Shown one piece after another: positions 39,273 through 51,485 of a DNA stretch of 64,000 bases (positions are counted from its first letter, which is position 1; every line of letters begins with the position of its first letter). The translations under genes and the position numbers were made by a program. The notes beneath the pieces were generated by a model, which worked only from the letters and a program-made list of their open reading frames with translations, was not told where the DNA came from and did no database searches. The stretch spans positions 111,974,001 to 112,038,000 of the forward strand of contig NC_086108.1 in NCBI RefSeq assembly GCF_963921235.1. Direction: 5' to 3'. The DNA comes from Mobula hypostoma. Taxonomy: Eukaryota.

Positions 39273-39398
39273 TGAACTGTATTAACAAACAAAGGGTGCA
39301 GCAGTCGCGTAGCAGTTAGTGCAACGCTGTTACCGCTCGGGGGGTTTCCTCCAGGTGCTCTGGTTTCCTCCTGCAGTCCAAAGACAGACTGATTGGTT

Positions 39399-40564
39399 CA
39401 GGGGTCCCCAACCTTTTTTGCACTGCGGACCGGTTTAATATGGACAATATTCATGCGGACCGGCCGACCGGTGGGGGGCGGGGTGGGGTAGGGTTGCCAA
39501 CGAACAAGATAGCAGTCAAATGCATTGTTTATACTAAAGACTACAATGACCATGAAGCCTTGCGCGGGCACCAATGCGCATGCGTGACGTGACCAGCCGA
39601 TTCCTCTGCCCCCCTCTCCCACCCCCAAGCAAATCATTTTTGGCGATTCTGTTCGTGGGGGTGGGGTGTTAATCACTACCGGAATATAGGTGATAAGTGG
39701 GTAATACACTCAATTTTGTTTCTAAACGGGTTTATCTAACGAATTTAATATTAAACACACAGCGCATCTTTTCCTCGCATGGATATAATGGTAAGTCAAT
39801 TATCAGGGGAGCGTGAAGTGTTGAACGAACTTCCAGTAGAAGTGGCAGAAGCAGGTTCGATATGATCATTTAAAGAAATATTGGACAGGTATCTGGGCAG
39901 GAAAGGAATGGAGGGGTATGGGCTGAGTGCAGGTCGGTGGGACTAGGTGAGAGTAGCGTTCGGCACGGACCAGAAGGGCCGAGATGGCTGTTTCCGTGCT
40001 GTAATTGTTATATGGTTATATAGGTCACTTATAAGTCAATAGCATCATAACATTTTAAGTAACGTTTGGATATTAAACACACAGCACATATTTTCCCCGT
40101 ATGAATATATAAAATCATTGCAACACACCAATATCGCTGAATCAGTGGGAGCCCTGGGCTTGTTTCCCTGCAACAAGACGGTCCTATCGAGGGGTGACGG
40201 GAGACAGCGATACTCGAAGGGGTTCCTGATGTCCAGTCTATTCCGCAGTTTAGTTTCCGTTGCATTCATTGCAGAAAAATGTTGGGAATGAAAGCAACGT
40301 TTTGAGTGCTTTCGTGGCTATCTCAGGATATTTAGCCTTGACTTTGATCCAAAATGCCGACAGAGATGTTATGTCAAACATACTTTTCAGCCCGTCGACA
40401 TTTGCAAGCTCGAGGAGTTGATCACTTTCCCGCCCTGACACGGATGACGCGCGGGTCATGACCTCGCATGCGTAATGGCTGATCAGTGGCGTGACAAGGA
40501 AAGAGGAAAGGTGCAGCTGACCAATCATATCGCTTCCTCGCGGCCCGGTGGTTGGGGACCGCTG
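39399..40564 (-). mobile_element. Non-autonomous hAT (Charlie/Buster-like) transposon with a nested CR1 tail (about 39812-40025)
   Basis: Terminal inverted repeats CAGGGGTCCCCAACC ... GGTTGGGGACCGCTG; hAT C-terminal residues FWIKVKAKYPEIATKALKTLLSFPT and TKLRNRLDI. Confidence 0.85.
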
Positions 40565-42185
40565 GGTTAGTAGGTAATTGGTCACAGTAAATGGTCTGTG
40601 ATTAGGCCGGGATTAAATCAGTGGGTTGCCAGGCAGTGTGGCCTGTTAGGCCAGAAGGGCCTGTTCCAAGCTGTATCTCTAAATAAATAAAAATCTCTAG
40701 TATCCAAGAACTTGCTGAGAGTTGTGGCCACAGCCCAGTCTAACTGGACATAATGGCCTCCCCTCCACGGACTCCATCTCACTTCCCTCTGCCTTGTGAA
40801 AGCAGCCAACATGATGAAAGACGTGACCCATCCTGGACATTGTCCCTTCTTCATCCTCCTGTCCGTCAGCGGATAGAAAGGTTTGAGAGTTCATACCCCC
40901 AAGCTGAAGGATGAAACGATTTGTATAGATGGCACATCAAGGGCTCCCAGCCTGGGACACATAGACCTCTCAGTTCATGGTAAAAGAAAAGGTCGGGAAC
41001 CCTTGTGGTCCATGGATGAAATAAAAATGGAGGGTTAAGAGTGAAGGGTTAGGTTAACAATGGAGTAGGTTTATATAGGTCAGCACAACATTGTGGGCTG
41101 AAGGGCCTGTACAGTGTTGTACTGTTCTATGTTCTACTAAACAAAAGATTCACAAAATTTCAGCCCGAACTCTGTACTCTTCTCCATAGATGCTGCCCGG
41201 CCTCCAGCGTTTTGTGTGCGTTGCTGGGATTTCCAGCATCTGCAGATTTTCTCGTTTGTGAAAAGGTTTTTCACTGCAGCTTGATAAATATCTGATCCAC
41301 TGGTGAGAAGTCTGCCATGCATCCCGCTTCCTCACACGGTTTGAAAGGGTGGAGAGGGTGCAGATAATGCCGCTTGGATTAGATGCTATCTACCGTAAGG
41401 AGAGTTCAGACAAACAAAATATCATAAACACAGGAAAATCTGCAGATGCTGGAAATCCAGAGCAACACACACAAAATGCTGGAGGAACTCAGCAGGTCAA
41501 GCAGCATCCACGGACAATAATAAACAGTCTATGTTTCGGGCCGAGATCCTTCTTGGACAAAGTTGGGTTGCTTTCTCTGGAGCATTAGAGGCTGACGGGA
41601 GACTTGTTATAAGTTTATAAGATTATTAAGATCCAGAAATACAATAGACAGAGTTTTTAACTCAGGTTGGAATGTCTAATACCAGAGGGTATGCAGTTAT
41701 GGCGAGAGAGGGTAATTTCAAGGGGGATGTGAGGGGCAAGTTTATTTTACATGGAGAGTGATGGGTGTCTGGAATGCACTGCATGGAGTGATGGTAAAGA
41801 CAGAAAAGATACAGGTGTTCAGGACAGGTACATGGAGTACAGAGAATGGAGGGATAGGGACATTGTGTAGGCAGAGCAATTAGTTTACTTATTTGTTTAA
41901 TTAGTTTGGTACAACGCTGTGGGCCTTGGAGAGCGACAGGAGCAGACTACATGGAAAATGATTTAATTTGGGGGAGGGTGAATCCTGATGCTATTAGGCA
42001 GGAATTTGGAAGCATAAATGTATTCAGGGAAATGCACAGTGGAAATGTGGAGGTTGTTCATGGGGGTTCTGGAAAGGCTTTTCCCCATTGAGGCAGGGAA
42101 AGGATGGTAGGGTGAAGGAACCATGGTTGACAACAGACGTGGAACATCTAGTCAAGAGGAAGAAAGAAGGTTACTTAAGGTTTAC

Positions 42186-43746
42186 TTTATACTTTATTGT
42201 CGCCAGATAATTGATACTAGAATGTACAATCATCACAGCGATATTTGATTCTGCGCTTCCTGCTTCCTGGATTACAAATATTAAATATTAAAGATATTAA
42301 AAATAGTAAAAATTAGTAAATATAAAAATTTAAATTATACATCATAAATAGAAAATAGAAAAATGGAAAGTAAGGTAGTGCAAAAAAACTGAGAGACAAG
42401 TCTAGATATTTGGAGGGTACGGCCCAGATCCGGGTCAGGATCCGTTCAGTAGTCTCATCACAGTTGGAAAGAAGCTGTTCCCAAATCTGGCCGTATGAGA
42501 CTTCAAGCTCCTGAGCCTTCTCTCGGAGGGAAGAGGGACGAAAAGTGTGTTGGCTGGGTGGGTCGTGTCCTTGATTATCCTGGCAGCACTGGTCCGACAG
42601 CGTGCGGTGTAAAGTGAGTCCAAGGACGGAAGATAGGTTTGTGTGATGTGCTGGGCTGTGTTCACGATCTTCTGCAGCTTCTTCCGGTCTTGGACAGGAC
42701 AACTTCCATACCAGGTTGTGATGCACTCTAGAAGAATGCTTTCTACAATGCATCTATAAAAATTAGTGAGGGTTTTAGGGGACGGGCCAAATTTCTTCAG
42801 TTTTCTCTAGAAGTAAAGGTGCTGGTGGGCCTTCTTGGCAGTGGATTCTGCTTGGTGGGACCAAGTCAGGTCATTTGTGATATTGACCTTGAAGAACTTA
42901 GCTTTTGACCTGTTCCACTTGCGCACCACCGATGTAAATGGGGTCGTGTGGTCCGCTACTCCTTCTGAAGTCAACAACCAATTCCTTCATCTTGCTGACG
43001 TTGAGGGATAGGTTATTGTCTTCGCACCATGCCACCAGGTTCTTAATTTCCTCTCTGTACACAAACTCATCATTACCCGAGATACGGCCTACAATTGTGT
43101 CATCAGCAAACTTATATATAGAGTTCGATGGAAACTTGGCTACACAATCATGGGCGTACAGTGAGTACAGCAGGGGGCTGAGTACACAGCCTTGTGGGGC
43201 ACCGGTGCTCAGAGTGATTGTAGAGGAGAGCTTGTCCCCTATTTTTACAGCCTGGGTCCTGTCTGTGAGGAAGTTGAAGATCCAGCTGCAGATCTGAGTG
43301 CTGAGGCCCAGGTTCCGGAGTTTAGGAATCAGTTTATTTGGAATGATGATATTAAAGGCGGAGCTGTAGTCAATGAAAAGGAGCCTTACGTATGCGTCTT
43401 TATTCTCCAGGTGTTCTAAGGAGGAACGTAGGGCCAGAGAGATGGCATCTGCCGTTGACCTGTTGCTCTGGTAGGTGAATTGCAAAGCGTCGAGGTTGAC
43501 CGGTAGGCTGTGGTTGATGTGTGCCATAACCAATCTCTCGAAGCACTTCATAGCAATTGATGTCAGAGCCACAGGTCGATAGTCATTCAGTCATGCCACC
43601 TGGCTCTTCTTCGGCACCTGGATTGTCACTGCCTTCTTAAAACACGAGGGGATCTTAGACTGAAGCAAGGAGCAGTTGAAGTTGTCAGCAAACACTCCAG
43701 CTAGCTCACTTGCTCAGGCCCGGAGAACCCGTCCTGGGACACCATC
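42186..43746 (-). mobile_element. Rex1/Babar-like LINE fragment inserted into a CR1 remnant
   Basis: ORF 42898-43572 ([11 protein letters not shown]...[16 protein letters not shown]...KFADDT); the CR1 sequence resumes at about 43747. Confidence 0.88.
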
Positions 43747-45994
43747 TTTAGGAAGCAAGGATCAGACAGGGTCTAGAGAGTTACAAGGAAGCCAGGAAGG
43801 AGCTTAAGAAAGAACTTAGGAGAGTCTGAAGGGGGCATAAGAAGGCCTTGGCAAGTGGGATTAAGGAAAACCCCAAGGTGCTGTACACATACACGAGGAA
43901 CAGGAGGAGAAATAGAGTGAGGGTGGGACCCGGGGTGGTGGTAGAAGCAGATACTGTACATCAGAGACATCTAAGAAACTCTTAGACAAATGAATGAAAA
44001 AAAAGGAAGGCTATGTGGGAGGGATGGGTCAGATCGATCTTGGAGCAGGTTAAAAGGCTGGCACAACATTGTGAGCTGAAAAGCCTGTACTGTGCTGTAT
44101 TGTCCTGTCTTCTGTGAAAGTCCCGTTAGTGAAACACTGAACTTGAGAAAGGTAGTTTGTCTTTAACATACCACTCCCTCCTCCTTCACTCACGGATTTC
44201 CTCTGAGCAGATAAGCACCTGGATGGGAGGGGGACAGAGGGCCATGATCCAGGTGCGGTTTGATGGGATTGAGCAATTTGGCTTGGACTAGATGGGCCAA
44301 GGGGGTGGTTTCTATGCTGTAGTGGTTGATGACTCTATGGACACTTTCAAGGACTTTTCCCCTCGTGTTCTTAATATTTATTGCTTATCCAATATTCAAA
44401 GTATATTTATTATCAAAGTATGCATGCAGTATACAACCGAGATTCCCTTTTCCCACAGACAGCCATGAAACAAAGAAAACTATGAAATCTGCTCAAAGAA
44501 AATCACAAACACTCCCCCATGTGCAAAAAAAAAAGCAAACTACATCAACAGCACCAAAAATTGAGCAAAAAATACAGGACATAAAAACACAAGATAGAAA
44601 GAGTTCAGCTCAGTGTTCATTATAGCGAACTGCCCCAATTCAAAATCACCCAAAACAGCAACAAAAAAAGGAGTAACCAGAAACCAGGAACATATTATAA
44701 CATGAACGACAGAGTCCAGTCTACAAACCGCGTCAATTAAACCTTGCCCAAGACCCAGAACTCTGGCATCATTCTCTGACTGCTTTGAGAGAGAGAGTGA
44801 CCATTTGAATGCAGGGACAGTCTGTTGGGAGCAGTGAGTGAGAGAGATACCGACCATCACACTCAGACACGTTTCTCTGACAGCAGTGAACAAGAGGAGA
44901 GAGAGAGACCCTCATGTCAGACACCTTCCCCTGGCAGCAGCAAGTGGGAGACTGGTAGATGGTGCTGAACACCCACTCACTGTCCTCAGTAGGCTCGATG
45001 ATTTCAATCTTCCTTGGCACTCTAACAGATGAGATTGGTGAGAAGTGTAGTCAATCTTTGGTTGGTGTGAGGTTGCACACTTTGCTCGAAGCCGAACGGA
45101 AGACCCTCGGAGACAGCAGAGCCCCAGATTGCTCAATCAGCCCAAAAACACACCAGCAAAACGCACATGATCCAGCAGTAACAGATCATGAAAGGGAAAG
45201 ACATAAAAGAAGTGAAAAGTAATTTCATGAAACATCTGGAGGATGTTGCCCTTGGTTCTGTTGTTCACTGTGCCATCTTCTTAATATTTTTTCTCCTTTT
45301 GTATTTAGAGTTTGTTGTCTTTTGCACATTGGTTGTCTGTCCATCCCGCTGGGTGTGATCTTCCATTGATTCTATTGTTTCTTTGTATTTGCTGTGAATG
45401 TCCATATGAAGATGATTCTCAGGGCTGTGTATGGTGACTCATTTGCTGAGGTTTCTTACATACCTAGAACCAACAGTCTTTTATCTTACCAAGTTGTATT
45501 TTTCGATAATAAATTTGCTTTGAACTTTGTCTATGAGTCTGCGGAGTCTTCTTTAGCCAGAGAGTGGTGAATCTATGGAATTCATTGCCACAGGTGGCTG
45601 TGGAGGCCAAGTCTTTGGAGTATATTTAAGGCGGAGGTTGAAACATTCTTGATTGGTCAGGGTGTGAAGAGATACAGGGAGAAGGCAGGAGATTGGGGCT
45701 GGGAGGGAAAATGGATCGGGCGTGATGAAATGGTGGAAATGATGGACTAAATGGTCTAATTTTGCTCCTGTATCTTATGGTCTACTCGTGTACACGCGGT
45801 CTCTCTAAGGGCTCTAGGGGAAGTCAAATATAGGTCTATGAGTCTATAAGTGCACAGGTCTGTCGATGCTGATAACAGGTGGACTCAGTTGCTGAGGTTT
45901 CTTAAATACCTAGATCCAACATTACCAAATTTTATTTTTTAATCACAAAATATAGAGGTTCAAAGATTATCAAGTCTTTCCAAGTTGGGCAAAG

Positions 45995-47075
45995 ATGGCT
46001 TTCTTCTCCTCGGTCGGTTAACTGGCCTTTGATTTTCTTTCTTCTGCCTCCCTCCCTTCCTTAAGAGTGGAGAAGCATTTGCTATTTTCCGGTCCTCCAG
46101 AACCATTCCAAGATCTAATGATTCCTGAATGATTATTACTAATCCCTCCATGACCTCTTCAGCTACCTCTTTTAGAACACTGGAGTACAGTCCATCTAGT
46201 TCAAGTGACTTATCTACCTTCAGGACTGTCAGCTTCTCAAGCACCTTTTCCCGAGTAATAGCAACTACACTCACTTCTGCCCTCTGACACTCTTGAACTT
46301 CTAGCATACTGCTAGTGTCTTCTATAGTGAAGATCGATGCAAAATACTTATTTAGCGAATCAGCGATTTCCTTGTTCCCCATTTCTACCTCTCCAGTGTC
46401 ATTTTCCAACAGTCCAATATCTACTCTCACTTTGACTTCCCTTGTCAGCCACAGTGTGTCATCTTGCCTTTAAAATTCAATTTCTTTGTTGGAATGAATC
46501 TATCCTTCCCCTTCTGAATTGCTCCCAGAAACTCCAGCCATTGCTGCTCTGCCGTCATCCCTGCTAGTATCCCCTTTCAATCAACCTTGGCCAGCTCCTT
46601 CCTGATGCCTCTATAATTCTCTTTACTCCCATGTCCTGATCATTTGACTGTAGCTTCTCTTTCTCAAAGGGTATGTGAATTCTGTCATATTCCTTTAACT
46701 TAAGCTTTCTAATCAATTCTGTTTTATTGCACAAGACCTAATCCAGAATGGTTTATCCTCTAGAATACTCAACCACAAACTGCTCTCAAAAGCCACCTCA
46801 CAGGCATTCTATAAAATCTCTGGCTTGGGATCTAGCTGCAATCTGATTTTCTCAATCTACCTGCATGTTGAAATTCCCATGACTATCACAACATTGCCCT
46901 TTTTACGTGCCTTTTTATATCCTTTTGTAATATGCAGCCCACATCCTGGCTACTGTTTGTAGTCCTGTATATAACTCCCATAACGCCAGTCAGGGTATTT
47001 TTACCCTGCTGTTTCTTAAACTCTACCCACGAGGATTCTACATCTTCCAATCCTATGTCACCTCTTTTTAAAGAT
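45995..47075 (-). mobile_element. Decayed CR1 ORF2 middle fragment
   Basis: ORF 45960-46430 (LNKYFASIFT...VLKEVAEE...KENQRPVN). Confidence 0.75.
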
Positions 47076-48370
47076 CTGCTTTCCTCCCACAGTTCAAAGA
47101 CGTATTGGTTGGTAGGTCATTGTAAATTGCCCTGTGATGAAGTAGGTGGGTGTTGGAAGCACATGATAAAATAGGCCAAAGTCAGCACTGTGTTCTTAAT
47201 GGGAAACCTTGCCTGACAAACGTGTTGGAATTCTTTAAGAACGTAACAGACCGGATAGACTAAGGGGAGTCAGTGGATGTTGTGTGCTTGGGTTTTCAGA
47301 AGGCCTTTGACGAGGTGGCACACGTGCTTAACAAGATAAGATCCCATGGTATTACAGGACCATACTAGCATGGATAGAAGATCACTGACTGGCAGGAGCC
47401 AAAGAATGAAAATAAAGCCTTCCCCACCATTGAGCATATCTCTACCAAGCGCTATCATAGGACATCCATCATCAGGGACCTCCACCATCTCGGTCGTGCT
47501 CTCTTCTCTTGTATATGATGACATATATCTACTTCAATAATACATTTAGTTTGAACTATACTGGCCATTGAAAACAACACACATCAAAGTTACTGGTGAA
47601 CGCAGCAGGCCAGGCAGCATCTCTAGGAAGAGGTACAGTTGACGTTTCGGGCTGAGACCCTTCGTCAGGACAAGGTCATTGAAGAGTAGGGTTCCTTGGG
47701 CATCAGAATTGGGACTGCTTCTTTCCATGTTACACGTGGATGACGGAATTGATGCTTTGTGGCCAAGTTTGCGAATGATATAAAGATAGATGGAGGGGCA
47801 GGTAGTGTTGAGAAAACAGGGAGTCTGCAGAATGACTTAGAGATGGGAGAGTGGACAAAATATATCAAATGGAATACAATGTTACAATGTAGAGAAGTGT
47901 ATGGTCATGTACTTTAGTAGAAGGAATAAAGACATGGATTGTTTTCTGAGCAGGAAGCAAATTCAGAAACCAAAGCGACTTGGGAGTCCTCATGAAGAAT
48001 TTCCTAAAGGTTAATTTGCAGGTTGAGTCAGTGGTGAGGAAGGCAAATGCAATATTAGAATTCATTTCAAGAGGACTAGAATATTAGAGCAAGGATGTAA
48101 TGTTGAGGCATTATAAGGTATTGGGCAGACTGCACTTAGAGTATTGTGGGCAGTTTTGGGCCTCTTATCTAAGAAAGGATGTGCTGGCATTGGAGTGAGT
48201 TCAGAGGAGTTCACGAGAATGATCCCAGGAATGTCTGGTTTCATGTATGAGGAGCGTTTAATGACTTCGGCCCTGTAATCACTGGAGTTTACAAAAATGA
48301 TGTTATTGAAACATATTGAATATTGAAAGCCCTAAATAGAGAGGACATGAACAGGATGTTTCCGACAGTG

Positions 48371-51260
48371 CAACACACATCAAAGTTGCTGGTGAATGCA
48401 GCAGGCCAGGCAGCATCTCTAGGAAGAGGTACAGTTGACGATTCAGGCCGAGACCCTTCGTCAGGACTAACTAAAGGAAGAGTTAGTTAGAAATTTGAAA
48501 CTGGGAGGGGGAGGGGGAGATCCAAAATGATAGGAGAAGACAGGAGGGGGAGGGATGGAGCCAAGAGCTGGACAGGTGATTGGCAAAAGGGTTATGAGAG
48601 GATCATGGGACAGGAGGTCCGGGAAGAAAGACAAGGGGTGGGGGGAACCCAGAGGATGGGCAAGGGGTATAGTCAGAGGGACAGAGGGAGAAAAAGGAGA
48701 GTGAGAGAAAGAATGTGTGTATAAAAATAAATAACAGATGGGGTACGAGGGGGAGGTGGGGCATTAGCGGAAGTTAGAGAAGTCGATGTTCGTGCCATCA
48801 GGTTGGAGGCTACCCAGACGGAATATAAGGTGTTGTTCCTCCAACCTGAGTGTGGCTTCATCTTTACAGTAGAGGAGGCCGTGGATAGACATGTCAGAAT
48901 GGGAATGGGATGTGGAATTAAAATGTGTGGCCACTGGGAGATCCTGCTTTCTCTGGCAGACAGAGCGTAGGTGTTCAGCAAAGCGGTCTCCCAGTCTGCG
49001 TCAGATCTCGCCAATATATAAAAGGCCACATCGGGAGCACCAGACGCAGTATATCACCCCAGCCGACTCACAGGTGAAGTGACGCCTCACCTGGAAAGAC
49101 TGTTTGGGGCCCTGAATGGTGGTAAGGGAGGAAGTGTAAGGGCATGTGTAGCACTTGTTCCGCTTACAAGGATAAGTGCCAGGAGGGAGATCAGTGGGGA
49201 GGGATGGGGGGGACGAATGGACAAGGGAGTCGCGTAGGGAGCGATCCCTGCGGAAAGCAGAGGAGGGGGAAGGAAAGATGTGCTTAGTGGTGGGATCCCG
49301 TTGGAGGTGGCGGAAGTTACGGAGAATAATATGTTGGACCCGGAGGCTGGTGGGGTGGTAGGTGAGGACCAGGGGAACCCTATTCCTAGTGGGGTGGCGG
49401 GAGGATGGAGTGAGAGCAGATGTACGTGAAATGGGGGAGATGCGTTTGAGAGCAGAGTTGATAGTGGAGGAAGGGAAGCCCCTTTCTTTAAAAAAGAAGG
49501 ACATCTCCTTCATCCTGGAATGAAAAGCCTCATCCTGAGAGCAGATGCGGCAGAGACGGAGGAATTGCGAGAAGGGGATGGCATTTTTGCAAGAGACAGG
49601 GTCAGAAGAGGAATAGTCCAGATAGCTGTGAGAGTCAGTAGGCTAATAGTAGACATCAGTGGATAAGCTGTCTCCAGAGACAGAGACAGAAAGATCTAGA
49701 AAGGGGAGGGAGATGTCAGAAATGGACCAGGTAAACTTGAGGGCAGGGTGAAAGTTGGAGGCAAAGTTAATGAAGTCAGCGAGCTCAGCATGCATGCAGG
49801 AAGCAGCGCCAATGCAGTCGTCGATGTAGCGAAGGAAAAGTGGGGGACAGATACCAGAATAGGCACGGAACATAGATTGTTCCACAAAGCCAACAAAAAG
49901 GCAGGCATAGCTGGGACCCATACGGGTGCCCATAGCTACACCTTTAGTTTGGAAGAAGTGGGAGGAGCCAAAGGAGAAATTATTAAAAGTAAGGACTAAT
50001 TCCGCTAGATGGAGCAGAGTGGTGGTAGAGGGGAACTGATTAGGTCTGGAATCCAAAAAGAAGCGTAGAGCTTTGAGACCTTCCTGATGGGGGATGGAAG
50101 TATATAGGAACTGGACATCCATGGTGAAAATAAAGCGGTGGGGGCCAGTCGGAAATGGACCAGGTAAACTTGAGGGCAGGGTGAAAGTTGGAGGCAAAGT
50201 TAATAAAGTCAACTAGGAATATGGTTCCCCTGGTCCACCCACCAGCCTCCGGGTCCAACATATTATTCTCCGTAACTTCCGCCACCTCCAATGGGATCCC
50301 ACCACTGAGCACATCTTTCCCTCCCCGCCTCTCTGCTTTCCGCAGGGATCGCTCCCTACGCGACTCCCTTGTCCATTCGTCCCCCCCCCATCCCTCCCCA
50401 CTGATCTCCCTCCTGGCACTTATCCTTGTAAACGGAACAAGTGCTACACATGCCCTTACACTTCCTCCCTTACCACCATTCAGGGCCCCAAACAGTCCTT
50501 CCAGGTGAGGCGACACTTTACCTGTGAGTCGGCTGGAGTGATATACTGCGTCCGGTGCTCCCGATGTGGCCTTTTATATATTGGCGAGACCCGACGCAGA
50601 CTGGAAGACCGCTTTACTGAACACCTACGCTCTGTCCGCCAGAGAAAGCAGGATCTCCCAGTGGCCACACATTTTAATTCCACATCCCATTCCCATTCTG
50701 ACATGTCTATCCACGGCCTCCTCTACTGTAAAGATGAAGCCACACTCAGGTTGGAGGAACAACACTTTATATTCCGTCTGGGTAGCCTCCAACCTGATGG
50801 CAGGAACATCGACTTCTCTAACTTCCGCTAATGCCCCACCTCCCCCTCGTACCCCATCTGTTACTCATTTTTATACACACATTCTTTCTCTCACTCTCCT
50901 TTTTCTCCCTCTGTCCCTCTGACTATACCCCTTGCCTATCCTCTGGTTCCCCCCCCCCACCCTCCTTGTCTTTCTTCCCGGGCCTCCTGTCCCATGATCC
51001 TCTCATATCCCTTTTGCCAATCACCTGTCCAGCTCTTGGCTCCATCCCTCCCCCTCCTGTCTTCTCCTATCATTTTAGATCTTCCCCTCCCCCTCCCACT
51101 TTCAAATCTCTTACCAACTCTTCCTTCAGTTAGTCCTGAGAAAGGGTCTCGGCCTGAAACGTCGACTGTACCTCTTTCTAGAGATGCTGCCTGGCCTGCT
51201 GCGTTCACCAGCAACTTTGATGTGTGTTGCTTGAATTTCCAGCATCTGCAGAATTCCTGT
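48371..51260. mobile_element. Penelope-like element: minus-strand RT/GIY-YIG body (48371-50148) joined to an inverted plus-strand 3' copy (about 50222-51260), inserted into a CR1 with a 14-bp TSD
   Basis: RT FTMDV...YTSIPH...GVAMGTRMGPSYA...FLRYIDD (ORF 49643-50212); GIY-YIG motifs on both strands; tgtttcc(g/t)acagtg at 48357-48370 and 51261-51274. Confidence 0.9.
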
Positions 51261-51346
51261 TGTTTCCTACAGTGGGTGGGTTTAGCACCAGAGGGCACAT
51301 CACAAACTATTCACTCTCTCGGCTGTGATAAAATGAGTTACTGTAC

Positions 51347-51485
51347 CTTTCAAGACAATTCGAGCATTATTTACGTGAACAGTACAAACAGCCTCCAGTT
51401 CAGTGTGCACAGTGACTACAATTGTTGTGATCTTCGACCAGTCGTAATGATTCCAATCGCTCTCGTCCAGGTGAAAGGCAAATAC
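51347..51485 (-). pseudogene. CTBS-like: CTBS-like paralogue C exon 2 (139 nt), inverted and isolated; partial gene or pseudogene fragment
   Basis: Minus strand AAG|VFAFHLDESDWNHYDWSKITTIVVTVHTELEAVCTVHVNNARIVLK-G|GTACAG. Open frame, intact splice sites, and flanks homologous to 13631-13890. No other exons found. Confidence 0.85.

Noticed and set aside
41270..41400. Apparent acceptor (cactgcag) to donor (gtaagg) segment, with a short match to 14889-14904
   Set aside because: Stops in all three + frames, no CTBS similarity, and the match is too short to be meaningful.
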